In this document: piece after piece, positions 28,498 to 41,499 of the stretch
How positions within the stretch are numbered: the first letter of the stretch is position 1
How the letters are laid out: every line of letters starts with the position of its first letter
Assembly: GCA_050084515.1 (NCBI GenBank)
Contig: CM114271.1
Span: 24,304,001-24,368,000 of the forward strand
DNA: 64,000 nucleotides
Source of the DNA: Blasia pusilla
Taxonomy: Eukaryota
Reading direction: 5' to 3'
The notes under the pieces: model-generated
What the model was told of the DNA's origin: nothing
Seen by the model: the letters and a program-made list of their open reading frames with translations, nothing else
Database searches by the model: none
Program-made: the position numbers and the translations under genes

Positions 28498-28799
28498 CAA
28501 GCTTGCACGGAAACGGACATGCCCGGCCCGCACTTAGGCCTGCACCCGAGCCCGCTTAGAGCTCGCCGCGTAGACCCGGGCTAATGGAGCCCGCACCCGT
28601 TGCAAGGCCCACGGTATCCCCGCCCCCAACACACCCCGTGCCCACCATGTGGGCTACAAGCATGCCTTGCGCGGGCCGCAAAACGAATTCACGCTCGGTC
28701 AGCCCGGATCTACACGGTGAGTTGAGGTGCCGGTCGCGGGTACGTAGGCCCGCAAGGACATAAGTCCGCAGATACAGACTTTGTCCGTGTGCAACCCTG
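28498..28799. mobile_element. hAT-type MITE, 302 bp
   Basis: Imperfect TIRs caagcttgcac / gtgcaaccctg; exact 8-bp TSD gacaagat at 28490-28497 and 28800-28807; GC-rich body with repeated gcccgc motifs. Confidence 0.85.
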
Positions 28800-28933
28800 G
28801 ACAAGATTATACACTAGGTAGTGAGTCTTAGTATTTTGATCAAGTAGAAACTTAAAGTAATCAAATAGAAATCAAAATTCTTATAAGGATGAGGCTCGGA
28901 AGCCCCGATCAAGGTCATGAATGAATGCATGAT

Positions 28934-28938
<5 letters not shown>

Positions 28939-28982
<44 letters not shown>
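28939..28982. repeat. (TA)n microsatellite
   Basis: Directly visible. Confidence 0.95.
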
Positions 28983-28985
<3 letters not shown>

Positions 28986-30424
28986 TGGGTAATATGCAGA
29001 GATATCGTGTTCATAGATAAATGCAAGGTCATTTTAGCACACCTTTGAGGTATTGAAAATCTCCTATTTTGGGATTTCAATATTATTTCATTGAGAACCA
29101 TTTATATTTCTAAATATGATTTTATTTTTAATTTAAAAATTGAAATCAACAAAAAGGTTTTTATCAACCATATGCTAGAATTGGTTTGGATTTGCATTGA
29201 ATCCAATGTGAATACTCCAAAACTCTTCTACTAATGATACTATTTTACAAGTTTTTCATCCCCCAACAAATGGACCATCCTTAAACTTTGCATTTGCCCT
29301 TGTGACATCATTCTCTTCTCCAATTAACTATACATACAATTCTTAAGTGTCTCTAACAATACCACTCTATTACAAAAAACTATACTCTAAAAGCATGTAC
29401 TCATGCACATGCATTCATTTGAGAACCCCTATTAGGCCAAGGAGAGAGAGGACCCACCCCTCCTATTAGGGTGTTTCATAGTATGCTCCGTAACGTACGA
29501 CGTCTATGTCCATATTTCATTTTATGGATTTTATGGATTTCGTTTCTAGTTTGATGTTTAGAAGGAGGCGTTTACAACTTGGACGTCCAAGCTCACTCCC
29601 AAGTATTTAATTCGAAAGGAATTATTACGACAACACCTGAAAAATTAAAACACCTCCTGACAAGGATCCAAGGAACACCACGGCCTCTACATCGCGCTAT
29701 CCCTCCTTCTGCCCTTCCCCTATTGAGGAAGGACAAACGGATGGAATCTTGGCTCACATACCCTTCCCCCTTACATCCCCAACAACGCCATTAGCGTCTC
29801 CCTCCTCATTCTCTTTACACCCACTATTCCAACTCCTTATACTCTCCTACTTCCATCCCCATTGACCCACTAGGGCATCTCCATTAACTTCACCAAAGTC
29901 ATCCCTCACTCTTCTCCTTGCTATAAGACAATTATATAAATCTTAATTATTTGATTAAAACTCAAACTTGTAGGGATACAATTGGACTATATTTCAAGTT
30001 GGGACCTCGTAATCAAAATGGAATAGAAGAACAAACATCTCCATCATATGGGGAACATAGGGAAGATTTTTTCCCCCATATGCAAAGCAGGGTACCTCTC
30101 CATGCTCCTACTTTAGCACATCAGGGTAAAGGTATGTTGTGATGAGAACTCGATCCGGGATAACTTTTGGAAAAACATGTTTGGATTTTTACCCTCACCC
30201 CAAGAAGTGAACTGTGGGCAAAAAACTCTACCTCCCACACTTCCGAACTCTTCTTTTAGTCTCGGAAAAAAATGACAATATTTGACATGCGCTAATACCT
30301 AAAGATTTTGGGGTCCTGATTCTACCGCATGATTGGAGCTCCAAAGTCTAAATGGAATATCTAGCGAGGTACCCGGGGTGGATATAACCCGGATTGAGAA
30401 CCCTCATTTCATCCCCGCTCTATT

Positions 30425-30657
30425 GGTAGATGACCAAGAGGTTAGCTGAACAAACCTAAGGTCCTCTTGAAGAGGTCTTGGGTTCAACTCTCCCCTTGGA
30501 CAATGGGAGGCGGTCTCAACCCCAGGGCAGTGACGTCCCCTACCTAGGGCATGGAAGGTCCATGTTTGAGAGAGAGAACGCCTTGTGTGCCTTGACTATG
30601 CTCCCGGGTTAAAAATCAAGATAAAATTCCAGGCCTTCTCAAAAGAAAGAAAAAAAT
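30425..30657 (+). mobile_element. Putative tRNA-derived SINE
   Basis: A-box-like tgaccaagagg (30431-30441), B-box ggttcaactc (30481-30490), unrelated body and A-rich tail (30641-30657). No clear TSD. Confidence 0.5.
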
Positions 30658-30896
30658 AGACAAACAAACCAAATCTCCTCAGTGAGAACCCCAAATCTAG
30701 ATGTGAAGGTGCCCGTCGGATACGATGTCAATTTCACATATGGGGAAGTGATCCCATAAGCCAAATCGGCTTCCGGTGGACTAAAAATCTACTCTACTCT
30801 ACTCTACTGCTCTATCCATCTCATCCCTCTTGATCCTAATTCAAGATTTTCTGAAATCTTAAGTGGTGGAATCACAAAATTTCTATATATTTATGA

Positions 30897-31108
30897 TCTA
30901 TATTATTATGGGAGAACGCCTTCTTGATTCACAAACACCTCTCTGTTTGACACATGGCAATTGGGCAGCAAGAAAAGGTTTCACATACTATGGGCAGCCA
31001 GAAAAAATAAATTCGAATTTATGTGCGGCATCATTAATCTGTTCCCTTCACAGGCTATACTCTAGCTCTTCCAAAAAAAAATTTCTCAACGCACGGGCAC
31101 CTTACTAG
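30897..31108 (+). mobile_element. Short non-autonomous Helitron related to the family A 3' end
   Basis: A|TCTATATTATT start; end ...gcacgggcaccttaCTAG|T; the 3' ~170 bp resembles 17860-18016. Confidence 0.65.
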
Positions 31109-34100
31109 TATTATTGAAGAATGCCTATGTATTTTGCAAGTTCTTCTCCTTCCCACACTCTTTTCAATCAATAACTCACTATAAGATCTCTCAAATCAAT
31201 TAAAAATGATGAATAGGAACTTCGACAATGACTTCAATCCGTGCATTAGGCGCAACTCAAATTGTTATATTTTCCTCGAACATAATCGCGTGTTAGTGTA
31301 AATTTGCCCGTTTAAGTAGGGTTTCGCGAGTTTCGATTTAACAGGGTATTTCCCCTTTCTGTACCTTGAAAGTAATGGCCTTCCCGGTCTTTCGTAGAAG
31401 CACCCTTTCGCTTGTACCATTCACTCATTGGATCCCTCTACATCGGTCCTTCCTCCGCATCCGTCTCATGGGGCCCAAGTCCGTAGTCCTGTACCGCGGC
31501 CGCATTCATTTCCTGCCCTCCGTTCGTGCCTTCACGGGGCTGTAGATGGACACACCTCGGCTCCGTCTCTCTCCCAGGCCTGCAATCTACTCTACATCGG
31601 TTGAGACTCCCTGGTCCCTATCAGGGACGCCAACGGTCACCTTCTCATGGTGATTTCAAGGGGCTTTCGTGGGCTCTCCTCGGGTCACGATGAGTTAGTT
31701 TCCCTGGTTTAGGCTGGCCTAAACGGAAGGAGCTGGAGACATGTTCATAATTCGCTCTTTGGTAGCTTTCCACAACAAATAAGGTGAGAGTTCAGGGCTT
31801 GTCTCCCACGATCCCTACACGTTTGGGCACCACGAGTAGTGGACAGCATTCAGGACTGACTTGCAGTCGAAGTTGAGGAAAAACTCAGCCAGCCCACTCA
31901 CAGCAGAATGAAGCTGTGTACATAGAAAGATGAGTGTTCAGCTAAGAATTCAAGAGGAATAGTGTAAACACAAGTTCTGAACTCTGGTCAACCATCCGAA
32001 TTCACCTGCTGTGGCTTACCAAGGCTCCACGCATGTAACCATACTGGAAAATCTTTGAGATCCACAAGTCTATCTACCCTCGCATGCAATGTCACGATGA
32101 CCATAGGAGATCGCCATTTTTTCTGCACCCAAACCTTTTGGGCACTGAAACTGTCCCGCATCCTCGCGACCTTGAGTAGCAAGTGACAGGCAGTAATTGT
32201 GGAAAACCGATATACTTTCTTCCATTGTCCATTGCAAAAATGTTTTGAGCACAGAAATGAGGTCGCCGCAACCTCCACAACTGTCCATAGGACCCGGCTC
32301 TTAGAAACCCACTGTTATGTCACTGCCTATTGGAAGACCATGTGAACTTACTAGTCGTACTTAATACTCTACTGTCCAGTCAGCAGTCAGTTCTTAAATA
32401 TATCTGCAGGGTAAGGAAGCTACCCTTCCAGTGGACTTCTGTAAAATTATTTTTATCAAATCATATCACAAAATCACTCCAATCAATTCGACTTTTCTGC
32501 GTCCCCTACCTGTAAGAAATTGAACCGAGTCCACCTGTTGGAGTTTTACTGTTTCACTTATCCAAGAAAAATTACGCATGAGTCAAGTCTCCCTTAAAAT
32601 CAGACTACTGTAGAAACCAACCAACCATGAAAACACACGGACTATCTCCTCTTTTAACTCCTCTGTCTCACAAACCAATTTCAGAACCATGAACCCACAC
32701 TTCAAACACAGCTTCTGCACACACCATCAATTCTTTGACTTCCACCTCAATCCTCAGAACCAATTACTGTAATTCCTAAATAGCTGTGTGAACCAGTATT
32801 ACCTAAGAGGTCTCCAGCACCAACAAAACCTGTGCCAAACCAGATTCATGGGTCCAGAATCTGGGTTCTCAAACCCGAAGGGTCGAAAGAGCCCATCTTG
32901 GTCTACTCAAATGAGCTTGCAGCCTCCCTTGTAGCAGCTAACTCACACATTTCAGACAGGAGCAAACCACAAATACATGGCTTTTCAATTCATGGCTTTG
33001 GAGAAGTGTAAGTAGCCATGAATTACCTTCCTGTTGCACCAAAGAAACTTACCCATTCAAGAAAGAACAATCAGAAAAGAACTTCAAAGGGTCACAAAAA
33101 AAAACCATGAGTTTTCCGCGATACTACTTCATGGTGTCATCAATCCAAGCAGATGCGTCTCACTGCTGATGTTGAAATTCATCACTTCAAGCCAACTGAG
33201 CCAACCATCACAAAAAATGATGAAAGAAGACCTGATAGAGCACGAAACAATTCCAATTGCACACATGTTGGGACGTGAAAGGTGCATGTGCCACAACAAA
33301 ACCCATCGGCACAAGGAGATGGTGAGATGTGCTCTGATCCGATGTTAAAAATTAGTAACATTTCACTGCTCCTAAACCAGAGGGAAGTTTGTATATCACA
33401 ATTCCAACTTTGACCATCCCCTCAACTCACCATGATTTTACAGTCTTAGCGAGGTTGGAAGCTCACTTTACTAGCACCTCCCATGCCTAGCCACCTACTC
33501 AGAGCTACATCACTGCACTATCCTAAAAAATGGTGCACATTTACAAAGAGGAGATGGTCAGGGAAGTCACCAGAAACACTACCAATAAGTTGTGAAAGTT
33601 CTTCACTGTTGCGGTCCCATGATGCAGCAACTGACCCATGGCTGCCAGGAATCACTGACCAGGCCCATAGAACTAGGAACCCATCAAAATTGCATGGAGA
33701 GAGCCACTTGCAGCAGAGGATAGGTCCTCAGCATTCACTGCTGCTTGAGCAGAAGCAAAAACGTGACCATGACATCCAACAAAATAATATGAATCTTGTT
33801 CATACCCTCACTTTCAGGAAAATGGATGGGCTGAGAAATGACCTGCCTCTGCCATCACTCACTCTAGCCACTGTGAGCAAGAGGGGATACTTGTTTGCAG
33901 CCTTGAAAGCAGTTACGAAAAGAGGAACTGATTGACGCAAAGTGAGGTGAAATCCTAGTCTTGACAGCAACTGCTATCAGCAGATATCATGAAGTGCTTC
34001 GACCTTATCTTCCGTTCTGTAGTTCCTCCATCTCCTTCGAAGTTTCTTCTCAAACCTTCAAGCCTTAGGTCGACCACTTGTTAAACTGCAAGAATGAGGA

Positions 34101-34276
34101 ATAAATTTCTTTCCTTCTCAATCATGAAAAGGAAGCAGTCCAAGCACTCTACTCCCCATGCACAGCATCACCTTCAATCTGGTTATGAGATTCAAGAATG
34201 ACTACCATCTGGTGGATCCAAATGTTGACAATCTTCTTGGTTTTGGAACCAAAATCAGCAGACTGTAAGCATGACA

Positions 34277-36973
34277 TTATCTGGACTGATCAGAGGAACC
34301 AAGGATGAGATCCATCGGAGTGGATGCAGGGTCAAGCTCCAAAGCCCCACTAGGAACACCGAGTGTATCATCTTTGTACATTTTCTCGGAGATAACACAG
34401 TGTGAAAATCTTGGCAGTTCCGAAGGTCGGAACAGCTTGGTGGATGCAGGGCCTTCTTGCTTATGAAAGAGAGTCTTGAAACCCTTTACCTTGACTAGCT
34501 TCACCGTTTTCACACCCTTCTCTTCAGAAAAGTCACTGAGAACTTCCACCATTTCATATGCGTAAGTATGACCCTCTCCTTTTGACTTTGGAATTTGTTT
34601 AGGGCCCACCATACGCTCCAGGTCCCAATCTCTGTAGATGGCCCACACCTCCGACTTCCTTGGGTAGATTTTAATTGATCCTTTGCCCGCCTTGTCAAGC
34701 ACCATGTGAGAGAAAATATTGATCTGCTCAGAAATTATGGACTTCCCTATCTTAAACTCCCCACAAGTAATGGAAAGGCCAGTTTCATTCATCCACGCAC
34801 TGCAATCTTCTGTGGCATTCGTGGGCTCAAGCCAACTCAGATTCACTTTGAAGGGTGACAAAGACACCCGAGAGATGCGCCCATAAAACCTGGGCATCCC
34901 ATCCTGATCATCGTATATTGCCCAAATCTGCCCTGCTATTATATCAGACTCTGTACGTCTTGCATCAAAGTCATGGAAGTCAGGATCCGGCACATCTATC
35001 TGCTCTTCATCATCAGAAAATGATGAAGACGCAGCAGGACTCGAGACTCTTTGCTGAGGCTCCGGCTCCACTTCAGTCCCGTTATCCTTGTCAGCCTGTT
35101 GAGGGTCGGCCAAAGATGTTTGCTTCGCTGAATCCAACGATTTACTTCTCGTCCTGAGGGTCCTTGGGGACTTGCTCGGGCTCTTCTCACGTCTTGTCTC
35201 TTCAGCCTTGAAACATATTTTTTCGTCTTCTTCACCTGCAGGGTTCTTCGGCTTCTCCTCCTTGGGAGAGGAATCTACCTTTTGAGATGATCTCCCTGTC
35301 CTCGACTTGCTACCCCCCTTGGAGTTATCCTCTCTCAAACTATCCTCGTGCCTCCGTGAACTTTCCTCTGGCGTGTAAGCATCTGTCTGTGGTACCTGAC
35401 CTTCTCTGTTGGGCTCCTCTTCCACCCCGCTACTTGCCAGTCTGTGGCCCTTCTCTCCCAATGCTCTCATCCCTTCTCCGTTGATCCCGCTGTGCCACTT
35501 CTCGCCCAGAGCAATGGATTTACCTTTCTCAACTCTCCCACCATTCTCACATTGTTGCGAGTCATTCTTCTCCTCCAAACGATCTCTGCCACTGTTCTCA
35601 CTATCCGCAGCTCCCTCCGTTTTGGTCCGCTTGGCTGAAGGGAAATCTTCCAGATCCGAGTCACTGACATCGACTTTGTAAGTAGAAACATTCCTCTTCG
35701 CTCGAGACGATCGTCGCCGTGGCATTTCAGTAGCGATGGGCTCATCCTGCGGCAAGTCCTCAGACAATTTGAGCTCCTCCTCGTCGATCTCCTCCTCTTC
35801 GTCGACCTCACTGCCCCGTTTCTTCCGCTTTAGCCTCCTCGAAGGCTTGGCCTCCGTCTTTCGCTTACATTCCGCCTCTTCCCTCTCCTTCCTCTTAGCC
35901 ATCAGGCGCTCCATAGCCTCCTTCAGACGTCCTGTCTCACGTTGCTTCCTCTGCTCCTTTCGACGATCTTCTGCCTCCTTCCTTCGCTGCTCCTTCTCCT
36001 TTCTCTTCGTCTCTTTCTCAGCTTCTACTCTGTCCCGCTTCACCTTCTGAAATGTTTGCTGCACTACACCCGCGGCGACATTATTCGGTGGCACAGCAGA
36101 GGATGCAGCCGCTGCAGCAGCTGCCACTTTGCTTGCAGCTGCGGCCGCAGCTGCGGCCGGCGAGAAGACATTAGCAGGAGAATTTGTTGATTGTTGGACG
36201 TAGGAACTTGGAAAAGCTCCCAGACTCCCATTCGCAAAACCGTTTACGCCCACCCCATTGAATCCACCCATCTTGGCAAAATTGAAGTCTTGTTGCCGTT
36301 GGGCTTCGGCATAAGGGGCCCACGCATATGATCCATTGGCAGAGTTGTTTTGAATGTCACGAGCTTTAAACACTTCTTTGCACTTGTGGCACTGAAGCTG
36401 GTGATTCTCGTAGGTTCGCAAATACTGATACTGCATTTTGCAGCAAGGACACGAAGTCCAGAAGGTTGAGACAGGTGGAGGTGAGGGGTGAGTGGCGGAA
36501 GCCCCATGATACGATGTCGGGAAGGAGACATTCGCCTCTGCAGACACGACTCGAGCTTGGGACACCTTGATCTTTAGTCCCCTTCGCATGTCATGCAAAT
36601 GCCTCTTCGTCTTATCTGCAAGAATGCCCCATGCTTCGCCTAAAAGCTTGAATGCTGCTTCGGCACCGACAGCTTTGTTCTTGTCGGGATGCAGGAGCAA
36701 CGCCAGCTTCCTGTACTGCTTCTTGATCGTGGCATCATCAGCCCCAGGTTCTACTTGCAATATTCCATACCAATCCATTTCAGTGCCTCCTACCTTGACT
36801 TGGGCAACCGAGTGAACCTCGAGGACGGGCAACATCTGAGACAGCCCTTCAAGACCTGGAAAGAGTTGCTGCGCTTTAAGAACAAACTTCTTTGCTCCTG
36901 CAAAATCCTGCATTGCATACTTCTTCTCCGCGATATCCCTTGCTCTGAGTGCTTCATCTCTGTTGCACTCCAT
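34277..36973 (-). CDS. DnaJ-domain protein with zinc ribbon and C-terminal DUF3444, 898 aa
   Basis: Single ORF: MECNRDEALRARDIAEKK N-terminus; J-domain with LALLLHPDKN; FWTSCPCC...CHKC zinc ribbon; charged linker; PDPDFHDFD...GQIWAIYDDQDGMPRFY...ELDPAS (DUF3444). Confidence 0.95.
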   Translation of the reverse strand: MECNRDEALRARDIAEKKYAMQDFAGAKKFVLKAQQLFPGLEGLSQMLPVLEVHSVAQVKVGGTEMDWYGILQVEPGADDATIKKQYRKLALLLHPDKNKAVGAEAAFKLLGEAWGILADKTKRHLHDMRRGLKIKVSQARVVSAEANVSFPTSYHGASATHPSPPPVSTFWTSCPCCKMQYQYLRTYENHQLQCHKCKEVFKARDIQNNSANGSYAWAPYAEAQRQQDFNFAKMGGFNGVGVNGFANGSLGAFPSSYVQQSTNSPANVFSPAAAAAAAASKVAAAAAAASSAVPPNNVAAGVVQQTFQKVKRDRVEAEKETKRKEKEQRRKEAEDRRKEQRKQRETGRLKEAMERLMAKRKEREEAECKRKTEAKPSRRLKRKKRGSEVDEEEEIDEEELKLSEDLPQDEPIATEMPRRRSSRAKRNVSTYKVDVSDSDLEDFPSAKRTKTEGAADSENSGRDRLEEKNDSQQCENGGRVEKGKSIALGEKWHSGINGEGMRALGEKGHRLASSGVEEEPNREGQVPQTDAYTPEESSRRHEDSLREDNSKGGSKSRTGRSSQKVDSSPKEEKPKNPAGEEDEKICFKAEETRREKSPSKSPRTLRTRSKSLDSAKQTSLADPQQADKDNGTEVEPEPQQRVSSPAASSSFSDDEEQIDVPDPDFHDFDARRTESDIIAGQIWAIYDDQDGMPRFYGRISRVSLSPFKVNLSWLEPTNATEDCSAWMNETGLSITCGEFKIGKSIISEQINIFSHMVLDKAGKGSIKIYPRKSEVWAIYRDWDLERMVGPKQIPKSKGEGHTYAYEMVEVLSDFSEEKGVKTVKLVKVKGFKTLFHKQEGPASTKLFRPSELPRFSHCVISEKMYKDDTLGVPSGALELDPASTPMDLILGSSDQSR

Positions 36974-38621
36974 AGTTCTACACCTACAAAAATGTTTCCC
37001 TGCGTGGAAGCTCCTGTTCCCGACAACACGATCAGTAAAGCCTCTAGAATGATATTCTGTCGGACACAGGAACTCGGCTCCAATCTAAAGTAGGTACTGT
37101 TCCAACTCTGTGTGGCCTTCACTCCCGATGAAGTACAACTACGGTTGTCCTAAGAGCTTCTACCGGTCGCCGCTTCATCCAGCGTCACTCGGTCATATCA
37201 GCAAAGATTCTCTTCCCAGCACCTTCACGAACCATTGCGATCAGACGAAGGGTGAGACAAACGACGTCATAAACCCTAGAAACAAGCGCTCAAGATTACA
37301 ACGCGGGGATTGAAACTAGACAAACGGAACACCATAGGTTGCAACAAACACACTTGGACAAGAGAAAACTGTCAAATCTGAAAGAAACAATCGACAATGT
37401 CCTTCAGCTTGCTAGACAAAAGCCCCGGACCAGAAAGAGGCCGGTTGGTTCCAGAGTTCAACCAACCTGTCCAATTCGCAGAGTGTTTGGTACGGATTAC
37501 GGATTGGGCCTCATGACCCAAAGGCCCTGCTTCCACAATGGTTCCAGAACCCTAAAACTCCGCTTCATTTTCCTTACCACCGACAGTTCATTGCAGTTCT
37601 TGAAGCTCGAGTGTGATTGTGAACACCCTGGACACTACTTCACCATGCGTGCTCTCCCCCATTCTTGGCCCGCGTCAACTTGGCAAACGATAGAAACTGT
37701 GACTGATATCTTCGTCGAGGAAACCCGCGACCAATTACGCTTCAAATTAGCAAGGTTGACTACTCTCTCGAATTGCAACCACATGCCACCTGTTCGACAG
37801 GTACCGCACTTATATGCTCCTAACTGAAACAACCCGAAGTATCGACACCCACAAACGAAGGACCAACCTCAGCAACCAAGGCTTGGAGAAAACGAGAGGG
37901 AAATGGCAAGCCTAAATATCTCGATAGGAAACGCAAACGACCACGGGTAGCCAGGAAACGGAGATGGACATTATAACTTGAGGAGGAATACAATGCCCGG
38001 CTGAAGGGCAAATTGACAACGAATAGTAGAGATCTTCTTCCTGCAACCAATGAATGCGACAGTCGTGACCCAACCCGGAAAATGCGACGGCCTTCCTAAC
38101 ATGGATCGTTTGCCACTACACAAACTTGGAAATTTTTGAGGAATCCGACATAAGTGTAGCCAAACCAACTTTCCTATAGATCTTTCGCCAATAGAACGGC
38201 ACCGGGAACTCGCAATTTCCCCCCAACTCGAGCACTGCCAATGCTAGGGTTCGCGCGATACTTGCTTAAAATGTACTCCGCTTCAACCCCTTCCAGCCCC
38301 GCGGGAAACAAATGGACGAGACCTGCCCTCTCGAAAGAAGCCCGATCGCGACATGCGGCGGAATCGGGGCCCCCAAATAGGATGCGTGCCGGTGGCAGCC
38401 CAGGGTCACACACACACACACAACGCACGCAGAGGTCTCCGAGGTCCCAGGCAGCCACGAACGTCAGGGGCAGCAGCAGCACGGCACACCAACACGGATC
38501 TGCAGGACAGCATTCGTCGCTTCTCTCCCCTCCTGCCCCCCGTTCCTCGCTCCTCATTTGCCCAGAAGCGCAGCCTCACAGCTCCATTTCCTCCTATTCA
38601 CTGCCCTCCCTCTCTCGTTCC

Positions 38622-38680
38622 CTCGCTCGCTCGCTCGCTCCGTCCGTCCGTCCGTCCGTCCGTCCGTCCGTCCGTCCGTC
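38622..38680. repeat. (CTCG)n/(CGTC)n tetranucleotide repeat in the GC-rich 5' region of the DnaJ gene
   Basis: ctcgctcgctcg followed by about 10 cgtc units. Confidence 0.9.
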
Positions 38681-39166
38681 CCTCCCTCTCTCTCCGCCCC
38701 GACCTGCAGCCTGCTTGGTCCTCTGGAGGCTCGCTCTCTCAAACGAGAGCGGGAGATACAGACCGCGATGGCGCAAGGCACTGCTCGCCGTGGGCCAAGC
38801 ATGTCCTGCCCGTTCGCCACACTGCCCGCCATTCACGCTCGAGATATGGTCCTTTCTCCCGTCTGCCCTGCCCCGATTCACCCATGCATAGCAATGATAT
38901 CCGAATACGCATCATCATCAGCACCATCATACATGCATGCATGCGTGGCACCCCATGTTCGATATTCTCTCTCGCTTTCGCGCATCGATAAGCTCCTTGC
39001 TTTTTCACACTAATTTTGAGATCAAGTACTGTTTTGTACTTTCTCCTTGGGCGAATCGAGAGCCTAATCACTTAATGAGCATGTAATGCTGTTATCGACC
39101 AGCGTTACATGCTAATGTGGATTGTGCCCAAAGAGTTAACAAAAATGCGGCCTATATTAATAAGCA

Positions 39167-40165
39167 CTAGTAAGGTTAAGGTGCCCACGTGAAAAAAAAG
39201 TTTGAAGAATTCTTTTAGCCTATAATTTGGGAAGGGAATGGATTAATGATGTAATATTCAATTTTTTCTTTGTATGTTCGTAAAAGGATAAATATGTTGT
39301 CTAATTGGCATGTGGTGAATAGAGAGGTGTTTGCAAATGCCTAACACAAAAAAGCACTCTCCCAAATAATATAGATGTTGCCAGTCTAATACAATTTCCT
39401 CAATAGACTAGCTTAAAAAATAGGTGTCAATGATATTTTTTAAAATTTATATTTAATATTTTAAAATATATTTGATTTCAAATTTTAGATAGAATTTCAA
39501 CTCTTATAAATCTCAAAAGAGTAAGAAAATCACTTTTAGATAATAACCATATCCCCTAAATAATTACATTCCTCCCTGAAAGTTCTAATAAACATTATTC
39601 TTCCCCTTCCACTCTTCCCACCAAAATCACATTCATTACAAAAAACTTAATTAATTTTAATTCATGAAATCATTTTGATTTTCCATTCAAATTCATTTCC
39701 TTTCCCAAAATATCACATGTGCATTAATATGATTAATTTTTTTAAATAATCACAATATTAATTTAAAATTTAATATATAATTCTTATTTTCTAAAATCTT
39801 AGAAGAGTAATAACATTTCACTCTTTTAAGTAATTATAATATTCCATTCCAATTCAAATGACATCCCAATTACGAAATAATTTTAACCTTCCATAAAAAT
39901 TGATCTACTCCTTCTTCATTAAAATTTATTTTCCCTTTTCATCACATATGAATTAAGACACACATTAATTTATTTTTCTTTATCATCATTATTTCATTTT
40001 ATTAGTATTTATAATCACCCATTATAATATTAAATAAATTATTTATTACTTAATAAACAAAATTCTATTTCATTCAAATCCTTACGGGTTTCTTCTACTT
40101 GGGCTATTTCTACCCATCTAATGTGGTTCAAATAGTAAAATTCAAGCATGTGGATTATTATTATT
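39167..40165 (-). mobile_element. Helitron family A copy (more diverged)
   Basis: A|CTAGtaagg at 39166-39175; collinear with 16345-17220. Confidence 0.7.
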
Positions 40166-41499
40166 ATTTGAATGCACCCTCCCCTACCCCTAAAACCTGA
40201 TTAAGAGATCACATTTTACATTTCAGTAAAAAGAACTATGATAGTATTGGAAATTAAGCGGATGAAATCATTATTATCTGCCTAACAAACACTCCTCCAA
40301 GAAGTTAATTGACTTACCTTTATGCTAACAATTTGGAAACTTGGTTGTGGTTTTGTTGTTCCCAAAGAGCATTCATTGTCTTGCAATGAAGGACTTTCCC
40401 CGCGCTCTTTCTTCTACAAGAAAGAGATCGAACAAAAAATAAAAAAATCAGGATCATAATAACATAAAACAACCATGCATGGATTTTACAATAATGTGTC
40501 AAAGACCAAAAACACAAAACACATTCTTAATAAAAAATATTAATGCATCAAGAACTTGAAAAATCTCTAAATTTCCTTATCCAAACTTACCAAGATATGC
40601 TTGGCACCCGCGTGTCCACGCCTACCATGAGGATTTGAGTTTACCACCTTGGATCTATTCACCTTCAAATCTTTGTTGTCCCATGGGAGACAACCAATAT
40701 GCCTTCAAAGTCTCCCATCAACGTCAGTTTACATCTGTAGGTGTGGGACAATCAGCCTCACCCCAAGCTCCATCCATAGCCTGTTTAGGCGGGCCCTTTC
40801 TCTTTTCATTATCTCTTGTAATGAAGACCGCCAAAATTTCTCAGAGATTTCACTTCCAACATACTCATAGCGGGAATCAATCTCCCTACAAATAGTCTTC
40901 AGATCATGTTCTTGTTTCTTACTTACATCGACTACACTAAGGTCAAGGTGGTGTTATACCAAGACCTTCATATTATTATGCCATCAAGCCTTCCCTTCAA
41001 TCATCCGTAAACAATCTCACCATCTACTGTAACCTGGACTGTTGGTTCCAACCGTGCATGCTCTCGGATCTTGCTTGCAACTAACCAAGCACCATACTCT
41101 TCCTTCTTGTACATGCACTTACCAGATGCAGATGCAAATATTTAACCAAAAAAACCAACATCACTCCAATAAGTCTTAAAAATGTTAGAGAATTTATAGT
41201 ATAGCCATTCGAAGGGCATGAAGACCTTCATAATGAGTGATGATATTCACATAAGAGAATTTTGTTCTAAATACATTACAGTCCATTTAAGGGAAAAAAC
41301 TAAATGAGAGTTCATAATCAGATCTATGAAAGTTTAAAGTATAACAACCAACACTTCAATTAATTCTCAATATGAACATGAAGTATTCACAATACAATCT
41401 GGTAGAGAAATCAAGAAGAAGAGTACAAGTAAGTATGAGAGAGCACTACTTTCTACCAACTCTTCTTCATTGTACAGCTCCTTGCCATTGGAATGTACT

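Noticed and set aside
30425-30500. Functional tRNA gene
   Set aside because: A/B boxes are present, but no convincing acceptor or anticodon stems; treated as a SINE head.
38174-39071. Multiple 100-216 aa ORFs
   Set aside because: Produced by GC-rich sequence and tetranucleotide repeats (PSVR/GRTD runs).
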